Assembly (NCBI GenBank): GCA_050633305.1
Contig: JBOEGF010000002.1
Location: 153,624 to 217,623 of the forward strand
Source of the DNA: Nannocystales bacterium
Lineage (GTDB): Bacteria > Myxococcota_A > Polyangia > Nannocystales > Nannocystaceae
Direction: 5' to 3'
DNA length: 64,000 nucleotides
Shown: piece after piece, positions 19,634-29,115 of the stretch
How positions within the stretch are numbered: the stretch's first letter is position 1
How the letters are laid out: each line of letters begins with the position of its first letter
Notes under the pieces: model-generated
What the model was told of the DNA's origin: nothing
Seen by the model: the letters and a program-made list of their open reading frames with translations, nothing else
Databases searched by the model: none
Made by a program: the position numbers and the translations under genes

Positions 19634-20851
19634 ATGAGCGCCGCGCAGCCTTCTCCGAGCTTCGACCCTACTGAGGTCCGTGCCCGTTTCGCACTGGACT
19701 ACGTGCACGACCGGCACCGGAGACTCATCGCGGGCGAGGAAGTCATCGTCCACTGCCACCACTACAACTCCCGGATCCAGCGGACCGTGGAGGGCGCGGC
19801 GGGCATTGACGGCAAAACCATCTTCCGAAACGCAGCCCGCACCGCGTTCACGCGCCACATTGCGGCAGGCTTCCAAGACGGAGACACGGAGTCCACGCGG
19901 TGGGCGGTGGCACAGGAGCTGTTCGCGGAACTTGGGTACGGACGGCTCGACTTCTCGGACCCGTCCAGCGACACCATTCGTCAGACCGCGGGACACTTTG
20001 TCGAGGGCTGGGGCGCCGCCTTCGGAGACGAGGCGAAACCCGTGTGCACACTCGCGGAGGGCTACATCGAGGCTGCCTACATGGCGGTCCGCGGCGAGTC
20101 GGTCGAAGTACGGGAGACCGAGTGCATGCACTGCGGCGCATCCTCGTGCGGGTTCAGCATCCAGCGCGGCGTCGAGGCATGGACACCTCCCGCGCCCTAC
20201 GATCGTATCGAGGCCGTTTCGACCGAAGCCGATGCGGAACTCGCCGAGTCCAACATCGACGAGGGCGCCATCATCAACGCAGTGGTCGGCCTTCCGATTC
20301 GCGGCGGCGACGATGGGCTGATCCCCGCGTTCGGCGTGTACCTGGCCAACACCCCCGCCGACTTCTACAACCAGGTCGCGATCGAGTTTGTCGAGGCCAT
20401 GACCGAGTGCGGGCAGCGCGAGATTGCGAGTCGCCTGCTCAGCGAAGCCGGCGAAAGCTGTGCGATGAACACCTTCCGCGGGATCATGGACTCGGCGGAA
20501 TGGGAAGGCCTGGTCAAGCCCATGCTGCAAGAGCCCGAGGACACCATCTTCGCGCTGGTGGCTCTGTCCAACGCCTTCGGGTGGGGCAACTGGCGAATCA
20601 CCGAGCACGAGCCGGGAGAAACGCTGGAGATCGTCTCGTTCAACGGCTACGAAGCCTTGGGCTTCCTCGAGACTCGCGGCCGGGCAGTCGAAGCCCAGTG
20701 CTGGATGCTTCAGGGCGTGTCGGCCGGGATGATGGCGCTGGTCTACGGCGAAGGCAGCTTCTCGGAGCGCTTCGGCACCTATCTGGCCGAAGAGCACGAC
20801 TGCATCGCCAAGGGCAACTCGGTCTGCGCCTTCGCGGTTGAGGAGTCGTGA
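19634..20851 (+). CDS. Tandem V4R-domain protein
   Basis: Two repeats of G[YW]G...C...G...E.[ED]C...G...C.F; N-terminal HCHHYN. Confidence 0.85.
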   Translation: MSAAQPSPSFDPTEVRARFALDYVHDRHRRLIAGEEVIVHCHHYNSRIQRTVEGAAGIDGKTIFRNAARTAFTRHIAAGFQDGDTESTRWAVAQELFAELGYGRLDFSDPSSDTIRQTAGHFVEGWGAAFGDEAKPVCTLAEGYIEAAYMAVRGESVEVRETECMHCGASSCGFSIQRGVEAWTPPAPYDRIEAVSTEADAELAESNIDEGAIINAVVGLPIRGGDDGLIPAFGVYLANTPADFYNQVAIEFVEAMTECGQREIASRLLSEAGESCAMNTFRGIMDSAEWEGLVKPMLQEPEDTIFALVALSNAFGWGNWRITEHEPGETLEIVSFNGYEALGFLETRGRAVEAQCWMLQGVSAGMMALVYGEGSFSERFGTYLAEEHDCIAKGNSVCAFAVEES

Positions 20852-21147
20852 CCCGCCGCGAACGGGTCCACGCCTGTATCCACCCTGAGACGTACAAATA
20901 CTACCTCCCGCGCGACCTCGTGATCGACACCTGGAAGCGCTTGGAGAGTTCGTACGGAGCAGCCGTGACCACCCCGGGCTTCGGAGTCGTCGAGATTCGG
21001 ACCCCGGCGCTGCTGCTCCGCTCGACCCGAATGCTCAACCCGATCACGGTCATTCGGCGGCGCGGCTGTTCCCGCGAAGGCCTCGCGTCCCTTCACCAAC
21101 TCCTTCACTTCGACGAACAAGCCACTTCGGCACACGACTGCCCATGA
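20848..21147 (+). CDS. Small hypothetical protein
   Basis: 4-bp overlaps at both ends (GTGA, ATGA) inside the operon. Confidence 0.7.
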   Translation: MTRRERVHACIHPETYKYYLPRDLVIDTWKRLESSYGAAVTTPGFGVVEIRTPALLLRSTRMLNPITVIRRRGCSREGLASLHQLLHFDEQATSAHDCP

Positions 21148-23363
21148 CTGATGACCGCACCACCGCGATGTCCCCCTTTGCCACCCTTTCGATGGACGCA
21201 CGCTGGTCGATCGTCGAGGTGGGTGAGGGATTCGAATCCATCACCGGGATCAACGCAGAGGGTGTGATCGGCAAGCCGATTGAGTCCATCATCTCCCGAC
21301 GAGACCGTCGCGGTCTGCAGGAGTTGGATCGACAACGCTCAACCCACCAGGGGGGGTGGATCGATGTGATGTTGCAAGTGACCGGAGCGGACGGCGATGC
21401 GCTGGTCCGACTCCGGGCGACCCAGTCCGAGGACGGCTGGAAGGGCTGGGCTGAGAACCTTCTGTCCAACCCAGGCGATGTTCTACAACGACTCAACGCG
21501 GAAACGGGATGGTGCCGCAACGTCGTGTCCCGCTCCGACGAGGGCATCGTGGTCCTCAACGCGGACAACACCATCGCGGAGATCAACCAGAGCGCGATGG
21601 ACCTGCTCGCGTTCCGGTCTGCGGACGGGCTGCTCCTCTCCCAGGAGGTGGTCGTGGGCTCGGACTTCTTCGCTCGTTTGGGCGACGAGCGATTCGCCGA
21701 GCTACGCGCGGGGGCGGTCAAGGCCGCCAAGAAAAAGAAGCTCCGGCTCGTCTCCGAAGTCGAACACGAAGAACGCTCGCTCGAGATTCGCCTCAGCTCT
21801 CTGCACCTTCCGGTTCGCGGACACGTCGGCTGCACGCTGTCGGTCCGAGACATCACGGTGCAGAAGGAGGTCGAGCGCGTCTCGGCCCAGCTGCACATCA
21901 AAAACGAGGACATTCGCGTCATCCTCAGCAACCTGGAGCAGGGGATCTTCACGATCGAGGGAGAGCGACGAGTTCACCCCGAGTACTCGGACCACCTTCC
22001 GCGGATTCTGGGCACCGACGACATCGGCGGGAAAGATGCGATGGACCTGGTCTTCGCTTCCGCTTCGATCGGGCCCGACGACCTCGCACGAACCCGCTGC
22101 GCGCTCGATCTCTCGATCGGGAACTCGACCTTCGGCTTCGAGCTCAACCGGGACTGCTTTCCCACCCGGTTCGGGGTCGTCCGCGATGGCGAGACGCTGC
22201 AGATCGAGGCGAACTGGGTCCCCATCGCCTCAGAGGAGGACGTCGTCACACGCGTGATGGTGGTGCTGCGGGATGTCACCGAACTCGAAGCACTCCGCGA
22301 TGCGGCCGCGGCCGGACAGCGAGAGCTGACGATGATCGCCACTTTGCTGGCCATTCCTCCCGGCGCATTCGAGGAGTACGCAGAGGCCTGCGCGATCGGG
22401 CTGGAGGAAACCTTGGCCGCGGCTCGGGGAGAGCCCACCGACGACATCGCGCTGGCCCGTACGATCCACACCCAGAAGGGCAACGCCCGGGCGTGGGGGC
22501 TCAAAGCCATCTGCAACTCGATTCACGAACTCGAGAACCACCTGCTTTCGCCCGACCGTGACAACGAACAACTCGCGGCGGCGACCGAGGAAACGAAGTC
22601 GGTCCTCGAGTCATACCGAAAGCTTGCCTCTGAGAAACTCAACCGGACCCAGAGCACCACCAAAGGGATCTCGGACGGGGAACAGAAGCTTCTGCAAGAG
22701 GTCTACGCATTCCTCGAGCGTACGCCCGACGCACTCCCGGCCTCGTTGCGGGCGCTCGCAGAGACCGCCGCATTCGTCGCAATGCGACCCCGTCTCGACA
22801 CCATTGCAGCCGAGCTGGTCGAGCACGCTAGCGAGGGTGGGAAAGAGCCCCCCAGCTTCAGCCTTCCCGACGATCTCTCGATCCATGGCGGGCAGGTTCA
22901 GACGCTGCACGGGGCGTTCGTGCATCTGCTGACCAACGCCCTCGACCACGGGATCGACACGGGCGAGGTGCGTGCCGCAGCGGGTAAACCGCCCGCCGGT
23001 CACATCTCCGTCACCGCGTCCGCGTCCGCCGCAGGGGTCGACATCGTTCTTCAGGACGACGGGAAAGGACTCGCGCTCGGTCGCCTGCGCGCCAAGTCCG
23101 GCAAGGACGAGATCTCGTTCGAGGAGGCGGCAGAGGCTGTCTTCGCGCCAGGGACCAGCACCGCGGAGAGTGTCACCCACAGCTCGGGCCGAGGCATGGG
23201 CATGGCCGCTGTGCGGTCCGAGATCGAGGACTTGGGTGGGTCAATCACCCTGGAGTTCGTCGGAACGGACAACACTGTGGACTACGCCCCCTTCCGCCTA
23301 CGCGTCACCCTGCCCGCAGCCGTGGCCCGGGTCCTCGAAGCCCCCCTGGCGCAGGCCGCATGA
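21144..23363 (+). CDS. Multi-PAS CheA-like (class III) histidine kinase; no CheW domain
   Basis: PAS-like repeats; Hpt HTQKGNARAWGL; HLLTNALDHG, DDGKG, SGRGMGM. Confidence 0.88.
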   Translation: MTDDRTTAMSPFATLSMDARWSIVEVGEGFESITGINAEGVIGKPIESIISRRDRRGLQELDRQRSTHQGGWIDVMLQVTGADGDALVRLRATQSEDGWKGWAENLLSNPGDVLQRLNAETGWCRNVVSRSDEGIVVLNADNTIAEINQSAMDLLAFRSADGLLLSQEVVVGSDFFARLGDERFAELRAGAVKAAKKKKLRLVSEVEHEERSLEIRLSSLHLPVRGHVGCTLSVRDITVQKEVERVSAQLHIKNEDIRVILSNLEQGIFTIEGERRVHPEYSDHLPRILGTDDIGGKDAMDLVFASASIGPDDLARTRCALDLSIGNSTFGFELNRDCFPTRFGVVRDGETLQIEANWVPIASEEDVVTRVMVVLRDVTELEALRDAAAAGQRELTMIATLLAIPPGAFEEYAEACAIGLEETLAAARGEPTDDIALARTIHTQKGNARAWGLKAICNSIHELENHLLSPDRDNEQLAAATEETKSVLESYRKLASEKLNRTQSTTKGISDGEQKLLQEVYAFLERTPDALPASLRALAETAAFVAMRPRLDTIAAELVEHASEGGKEPPSFSLPDDLSIHGGQVQTLHGAFVHLLTNALDHGIDTGEVRAAAGKPPAGHISVTASASAAGVDIVLQDDGKGLALGRLRAKSGKDEISFEEAAEAVFAPGTSTAESVTHSSGRGMGMAAVRSEIEDLGGSITLEFVGTDNTVDYAPFRLRVTLPAAVARVLEAPLAQAA

Positions 23364-23376
23364 TGCCCCTCGGCGC

Positions 23377-24882
23377 TCAGTAGCGGAAGACGGGCTTTCC
23401 GACCTGGAATGAGAACAAGGCTCCTGAGTCCACCACCGGATCTCCGGGGTCGCGCCCCATCACGGTCGCGTCGAAGAAGGGGGCGATCCCCAGCCGCGTG
23501 TTCACCGAGCCTGCGTCGGTCGGCATGAAGTACAGCCACGCCTCCGCGCGGACGACGAGTTGCTCTCCGAAGGGCGTATGGATGCTCTCCGTGACCTGCC
23601 CCTGACCAACCCAGGTCGATGCCACCGCGGGCCCGAACGCGAACCTCCGCTCCGCAGTTGGAGGGTTGAAGTAGCTGAAGAGGCGAAGTGAAAACGTCGG
23701 CGCGGTGCTCGGTGCGCCCACGATCCGAGAATCCAGCGCAACCTCGCCCACGCCCGGGTCCTGCAGCACGGCGGAGTCGAGGATGCCGACCTCGTTCGCG
23801 TCTCTCCATTCCTGCGAGTATCGGGCGGTCAACGCGGGACCGTAGGCCCAGCCCGTCACCTCGTGGTCCGTTCTGTCCGGGCGGTCGGTGACGAATGCGT
23901 CGAGGGTCAGCTGCGCCGCTCCGGAATATCGGGCGCGCTCGACCGGCGTGGACTCGTCGAGGGGGCGCCATGCGTAGCTCTGACCGCCGAGCTCTGCCGA
24001 ACCGATCAGGCGGACCTGCCACCCGCTGGGCAGCGCCCCGCAGTTGCCGTCCGCCGCGCGCCGGACCCCGTCCGCGGCGAGTTCTGCACGAGCTTCGGCG
24101 AGCTGCCTTTCGTCCGCCGCGACGCTGTCCCGCAGACTCTCGATCTCAGTGTCGACCGACTCCAGGCGCTGGTCTCGGTCGGCCTCGAAGGCCTTCCGCT
24201 GAGTCTCGTAGGCTCGTCGCTGGCGCTCGCCTTCCGCCTCGGCCCAGGCCGCGTGGGAGAGCAGGGTTTGGACCAACCGCAGCTCGGCCTGCATGGCACC
24301 ACGTTCGGAGGGAGTGTCATCTTCGGATGAAGCGTCAAGGCTCGCGGTGAGTTGCTGCGCCCGCGACTCCAGCTCCTGGCGCGCCGCGGGCTCGAGGGCC
24401 CCGGGAAACGCAGTGGGCCGCAGAGGGCCGGATTCGGCAAGCACGTCCTGGCGCATCTGCGTGGCCGCGGCGAGCTCGTCCCGCGAGGCGGCCTGGGAGG
24501 ATGTACGACGCAGCAAGACCATGCAGGGGTGCGCGATCCCTCCGCGCGAAGCCTGGTCGGTCCACTCGTAGGCCAACGTCAGTCCGCCCCGCCACCCGGA
24601 GCTGAACTCATCCACGCGCGTGCGGTAGCTGCCCGAGGTTTCTTCCGCGGGGGCCTTGAGGAACACGCTCGTCGTGAACCCGCCCGCCACGCTCACACCA
24701 TTGAAGTCGAGCCCACCTTCGGCCTTCAACGACGTTGCCTTGCTGGTCTTCGTCCCTCGGAACTTCACATCCGCAGCCCCAAAGACGATCTTCGAGCCAG
24801 CCTCGCGATCCGCAAGCGCGACGTTGGGCGCCAACACGCTGAGCGCTGCCGTGACAAGGGGAATGCGGCACCGCGGGTTCAC
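23377..24882 (-). CDS. Secreted hypothetical protein, possible beta-barrel with a coiled-coil insert
   Basis: Signal peptide ending ALA, amphipathic beta segments, central heptad region, C-terminal VFRY. Confidence 0.7.
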   Translation of the reverse strand: MNPRCRIPLVTAALSVLAPNVALADREAGSKIVFGAADVKFRGTKTSKATSLKAEGGLDFNGVSVAGGFTTSVFLKAPAEETSGSYRTRVDEFSSGWRGGLTLAYEWTDQASRGGIAHPCMVLLRRTSSQAASRDELAAATQMRQDVLAESGPLRPTAFPGALEPAARQELESRAQQLTASLDASSEDDTPSERGAMQAELRLVQTLLSHAAWAEAEGERQRRAYETQRKAFEADRDQRLESVDTEIESLRDSVAADERQLAEARAELAADGVRRAADGNCGALPSGWQVRLIGSAELGGQSYAWRPLDESTPVERARYSGAAQLTLDAFVTDRPDRTDHEVTGWAYGPALTARYSQEWRDANEVGILDSAVLQDPGVGEVALDSRIVGAPSTAPTFSLRLFSYFNPPTAERRFAFGPAVASTWVGQGQVTESIHTPFGEQLVVRAEAWLYFMPTDAGSVNTRLGIAPFFDATVMGRDPGDPVVDSGALFSFQVGKPVFRY

Positions 24883-25157
24883 GCGATGGTCCTCCCGCGA
24901 TCGAACGCTCCTCCGGACCTGATCGTATACGTCGTCGACAGCACCGACTTGCCCGTCGCCACGTCGGTGACCTTGACCGAGACCTTTGAGCCCGGGGCCC
25001 CTTCAGCACGAAAGTCGAGCGACACCGGTTTCTTTCGCGGCGTCGCGGTCGAGGTTGCTTTCGTCGCTGCGACGTCGACCTTCACTCGGTTGTTGACCCA
25101 CGCTTGCAACCGATCCACACGCCCGCTGCTCGTCTTCATCTCGATCTTCCACTTCAT
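24879..25157 (-). CDS. Small basic beta-rich hypothetical protein
   Basis: 92 aa, starts MKWKIEMKTSSG. 4-bp overlap with the next gene. Confidence 0.65.
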   Translation of the reverse strand: MKWKIEMKTSSGRVDRLQAWVNNRVKVDVAATKATSTATPRKKPVSLDFRAEGAPGSKVSVKVTDVATGKSVLSTTYTIRSGGAFDRGRTIA

Positions 25158-25221
25158 CGCTCGGCTCGGCTCCCGTGCACATCGGGTGTGCACGAATCGG
25201 AGCGCTCCGTCACGGAGAAAC

Positions 25222-25503
25222 TCAGCGGTCGCGAGACTCGACGTCGCGCATCGCCTCGAGGAACCGATTCTCCTCGACGGGAGAGCGGACTTCGGTCGTA
25301 GAGGCCGGATGCTTGGACAACCACGCCCTCGGTCGAGTTGGCCGACGCTCGAACCCACCTCCACAGTTCGGACACACGTTGTGCAGCACGTCCTGGACGC
25401 ACAGCGCACAGAACGTGCATTCGAAGGTGCAGATCATCGCATCGGGGGCGCCGTTGGGCAGTCCCTTCCCGCAGTGCTCACAGCTCGGTCGCAGTTCCAG
25501 CAT
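25222..25503 (-). CDS. DUF1272 family Cys-rich protein
   Basis: MLELRPSCEHC...ICTFECTFCALC...CPNCGG. Confidence 0.88.
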   Translation of the reverse strand: MLELRPSCEHCGKGLPNGAPDAMICTFECTFCALCVQDVLHNVCPNCGGGFERRPTRPRAWLSKHPASTTEVRSPVEENRFLEAMRDVESRDR

Positions 25504-26011
25504 CGATTCGGTCCCCACTGAACCGTACACCCTCGAGCTCGAGCAAGAGCCGCTTGGCTGGCAACCCGCCCCCGTATCCGGTGAGCCGGCGGTCCTGACC
25601 GACGACGCGATGGCACGGCACGATGATCGAGATCGGGTTCGCCCCGTTCGCCGCCCCGACGGCCCGGACCGCGCGGGTGCGACCGATGGATTCGGCCAGC
25701 AGCCCATAGCTCGAGAGCTCACCGTAGGAAATCGCCGAGAGTGCATGCCAGACGGCCTGTTGAAAGTCGGTCCCTTCTGGGGCAAGCGGCAGCTCGAACG
25801 CTGTGCGAGCGCCGGAGAAGTACTCCGTGAGCTGCGATTCCGTGTCGTCCAAGATCCGCTCCGCCTCGATCGACCCGTCGCTGCGAGGACGAGTTCTCGC
25901 TCGCAACGGCTGACCGCCGGGGTCGGCGAAGAGGAGGTGAGTCAGCCCGTTCGCGTGAGCCGCGAGGAGCAGCTTGCCCACGGGACTCGTCAGTTCTCTA
26001 CACGTCGTCAT
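25478..26011 (-). CDS. ogt: Methylated-DNA--protein-cysteine methyltransferase
   Basis: GTDFQQAVW, RAVGAANGANP, active site PCHRV, GYGGG. Confidence 0.93.
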   Translation of the reverse strand: MTTCRELTSPVGKLLLAAHANGLTHLLFADPGGQPLRARTRPRSDGSIEAERILDDTESQLTEYFSGARTAFELPLAPEGTDFQQAVWHALSAISYGELSSYGLLAESIGRTRAVRAVGAANGANPISIIVPCHRVVGQDRRLTGYGGGLPAKRLLLELEGVRFSGDRIDAGTATEL

Positions 26012-27483
26012 TGTTGCTCGCCTTGGGCTGCCGTGCCTTGACGCCACAGCATCATCGCGGCGTAGGCCCGCCAGGGTTGCCAGGCCTCGGCGCGGCGTCG
26101 CACTTGTACGGGCGTGGGCAGCTTGTCCTCGCAACCTCGCACCGCCTTGCGCAGTCCCAGATCTCCGGCGGGAAACGCATCGGGCTCCGAGAGTCCGCGC
26201 ATGGCGATGTATTGCGCGGTCCAGTCTCCGATGCCAGGCAACGCTCGGAGGCGTCGGACCGCGGTGTCGAGGTCAGGCGCCAACGCCAACACGTCGTCTC
26301 CATCCGCGACCGCGCGAGCCAGCCTTCGGATCGTGTTGGCACGGGCCTTCGGCATGCCGATCGATGCAACATCGGCATCCATCAGCTCGTGGGGCTGCGG
26401 GAAGAGGTGGGTGGGACCGCCCTCGGCCGCCCTCGGCAACGGGCGTCCGAAACGCTTCACGATGCGTCCGAACAGCCGCGTGGCACCCACTACGGTCACC
26501 TGTTGGCCCACGATCGCCCGCACCGCCAACTCGAAGCGATCCCAACAGCCGGGCACCCGCGTGCCAGGCATCTCCGCCGCGACCTGAGCGAGCAGCGGGT
26601 CTCGGCCGAGCTGTTCGGCGATGGCCGGCGCATCCGTGTCGAGGTCGAACTGTCGGCGCACCCGTCCCGCAATCGCCGCGAGGTGGGGTGCCAGCTCTCC
26701 CGCCACGCTGAGGGAAAGCGATGCCTCTGTTCGCCGGGACGGGCTGACCTCGATCACCCCGACATCGCCGGAGAGCTCGATCGAGCGTCGGTACGTTCGC
26801 CCAGCGATCTGCTCGACGCCGGGCGTCAGCCTCGAGGTCATCCAACCCAACATGTCGTCCCAGTCAAACGGTTGCTTTACCGGGAGCAAGACCGTGAGCG
26901 GTCCACGCCCCCCGCGGGACCCCGGAGCACGCTTTCGAATCTCGGTTGGAGTCCGGTCGAAACACTTGCGGACCGCCGCGTTGAACCGACGCACGTTGCG
27001 GAAGCCTGCCGTCAGTGCGACCTGCGACATGGGAAGCTCCGTGTGTTCGATCAGGTGCTTGGCAAAGTGGACGCGTCGCGTCGTCGCGATCGCTTGCGGC
27101 GAAGCCCCTAGATGCTCCTGAAACAGGCGCCGGAGATATCGGTCCCCAACGCCAAGCCGTTCCGCCAGCGCCTCGACGCCCGCTTCGTCGAGCGCGCCGT
27201 CACCGATGAGCCGAAGTGCGCGGGAGACGGTCGATGAGGTTCCTCGCCACGCTGGGGTTCCAGGCGCGGTGTCCGGCCGACAGCGCCGACACGCCCTGAA
27301 GCCCGCGTCCTCGGCCGCCGCAGCGCACACGAAGAACACGCAGTTCTCCGGTTTCGGGGTTCGAGCGGGGCAGATCGGCCGGCAATACACACCCGTGCTC
27401 GTCACACCTGTGAAGAAACGCCCGTCAAACCTCACGTCCCGGGTTCGCAGAGCGCGGTAGCAGATGTCGTGACCGAGTTCGAT
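26008..27483 (-). CDS. alkA: Ada Zn-binding/AraC/AlkA fusion, DNA-3-methyladenine glycosylase II (start uncertain)
   Basis: RDVRFDGRFF..V.STGVYCRPICP, FRACRRC, AraC HTH, HhH LPGIGDWTA, PDAFPAGDLG, WQPWRAYA. Confidence 0.92.
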   Translation of the reverse strand: MELGHDICYRALRTRDVRFDGRFFTGVTSTGVYCRPICPARTPKPENCVFFVCAAAAEDAGFRACRRCRPDTAPGTPAWRGTSSTVSRALRLIGDGALDEAGVEALAERLGVGDRYLRRLFQEHLGASPQAIATTRRVHFAKHLIEHTELPMSQVALTAGFRNVRRFNAAVRKCFDRTPTEIRKRAPGSRGGRGPLTVLLPVKQPFDWDDMLGWMTSRLTPGVEQIAGRTYRRSIELSGDVGVIEVSPSRRTEASLSLSVAGELAPHLAAIAGRVRRQFDLDTDAPAIAEQLGRDPLLAQVAAEMPGTRVPGCWDRFELAVRAIVGQQVTVVGATRLFGRIVKRFGRPLPRAAEGGPTHLFPQPHELMDADVASIGMPKARANTIRRLARAVADGDDVLALAPDLDTAVRRLRALPGIGDWTAQYIAMRGLSEPDAFPAGDLGLRKAVRGCEDKLPTPVQVRRRAEAWQPWRAYAAMMLWRQGTAAQGEQQ

Positions 27484-27658
27484 GGAGTACCGATAGCAGT
27501 CGCAAGTCGGCGGCGCTGGACGTTTTCGGACCTGGTCGTTCTTCCTCCTCCAACATGCGCCCCACGCACGGATCCGCGGGTCCCGCCCCCGTGACACGAA
27601 ATCGAAAAGAGTTCGGCCGAGCGTGTCACAGCTCGGGGAGCTACGTCGTCCTCGGGAC

Positions 27659-28111
27659 ATGAAGCAACGTCTCGAGTACTACGGGATCGCACCGGACCTG
27701 TTCGAACCCCTGGTTGCCCTGGAGAAGGCGCTGGGAAAGTCCTCTCTGCCCAAGGCGCTGATCGAGTTGGTCAAGATACGGGCATCGCAGATCAACGGCT
27801 GCGCCCACTGCCTCGACATGCACCTGCGTGACGCCCGAGCCGGAGGAATCGCGGAGCAGAAGCTCGACGTCTTGGCGGGCTTCCACGAGTCTCCGATCTT
27901 CGATGCGCGGGAGCGTGCCGCGCTCGCGTGGACGGAGGCGCTCACCGAGGTGAGCCAGCGAGGTGCGCCCCAGGAGATTTACGCACAACTCGAAGAACTG
28001 TTCAGCGACCGTGAGCGGGTGGACCTGACCCTTGCGATCTGTGCGATCAACAGCTGGAACCGAGTTGCGATTGCGTTTCGCACCGTGCACCCTGTGCGCG
28101 CCTCTGGATGA
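27659..28111 (+). CDS. Carboxymuconolactone decarboxylase / AhpD-family protein
   Basis: RASQINGCAHCLDMH, INSWNR. Confidence 0.92.
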   Translation: MKQRLEYYGIAPDLFEPLVALEKALGKSSLPKALIELVKIRASQINGCAHCLDMHLRDARAGGIAEQKLDVLAGFHESPIFDARERAALAWTEALTEVSQRGAPQEIYAQLEELFSDRERVDLTLAICAINSWNRVAIAFRTVHPVRASG

Positions 28112-28992
28112 CGGCGACTCCCGACCCCGTTTCTGATCTCTTCGAGCGCTCGCGCGGTCGGCTGTTTTCGCTCGCCTATCGCATGACCGCGTCCGTCGCT
28201 GACGCGCAGAACATCGTACAAGATACCTGGGTGCGGTGGATGGGCGCGCCCCAGCACCACGTTGAGGACCCCCTCGCCTACTGGGTGCGAACGGCCACCC
28301 GGTTGTGTCTCGACCTACAACGGTCCGCTCGCGTTCGTAGAGAGCAGTACGTTGGAGCGTGGCTTCCCGAACCGCTCGTCGCCACCGAGCGTGCCCACGA
28401 CCCCGCGACTGCGTTCCAAGATCGCGAACACGTCGACGTCGCCCTGATGCTCGCGCTCGAGCGCCTCAGCCCCGCCGAGCGAGCCGCGTTTCTGCTCAAG
28501 GACGTCTTCGACCTCGACATGCCCGAACTCAGCGAAGCCCTTGCGAAGAGCCCAGCTGCGTGTCGGCAACTGCTCTCTCGCGCCCGCAAACATCTCGCAG
28601 AAGTTCGGCCCCGCTACGTCCCCGACGACGCAGAGACCCTGGTGGAAGAGTTCTGGCGAGCCTCGCGGACCGGCGACCTCGAAGCACTCACCCGGTTGCT
28701 CGTGAGCGACGTCGAGGTGCGAGCGGACGGAGGAGGAAGGATTCCATCCGCACTCAACGTCCTGCTTGGCCGCGACCGGGCCGTCCGGTTCTTCGTCGGC
28801 CTCGCGCGCAAATTCGCCACCCGCGGCACGCTCATCCGGTTTGCAACCGTGCACGGTGCGCCCGGGATCGTGAGTCGAGACCCCAACGGGAACCTTCAGG
28901 TGACTTCGTTCGCATTCGACGAAGCCGGACTGCGGGGAGTGTGGATCGTGCGGAACCCGGAGAAACTGGGCAACATCGACACATCGGAGTGA
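28108..28992 (+). CDS. ECF sigma factor with C-terminal SnoaL-like extension (ECF41/SigJ type)
   Basis: YVGAWLPEP, LSPAERAAFLLKDVF, DGGG, RNPEKL. Its pairing with a CMD gene is typical of ECF41. Confidence 0.92.
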   Translation: MTATPDPVSDLFERSRGRLFSLAYRMTASVADAQNIVQDTWVRWMGAPQHHVEDPLAYWVRTATRLCLDLQRSARVRREQYVGAWLPEPLVATERAHDPATAFQDREHVDVALMLALERLSPAERAAFLLKDVFDLDMPELSEALAKSPAACRQLLSRARKHLAEVRPRYVPDDAETLVEEFWRASRTGDLEALTRLLVSDVEVRADGGGRIPSALNVLLGRDRAVRFFVGLARKFATRGTLIRFATVHGAPGIVSRDPNGNLQVTSFAFDEAGLRGVWIVRNPEKLGNIDTSE

Positions 28993-29115
28993 CACGCCGC
29001 CAAGGTCTGGGGTGCGGGTCCGACTGTCCGCGATCGAGGACACCGGCCCACGCGACCTGTCCCTACGGGCGCTTTGTGGAGACGATGTGGGGCGGGTTTG
29101 CCGTAGCCTGCTGTC

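Noticed and set aside
28729..28746. GGAGGAGGAAGGATTCCA resembling the tRNA-Ser 3' end (possible att site)
   Set aside because: Imperfect match inside the conserved DGGG coding motif of the ECF41 gene.
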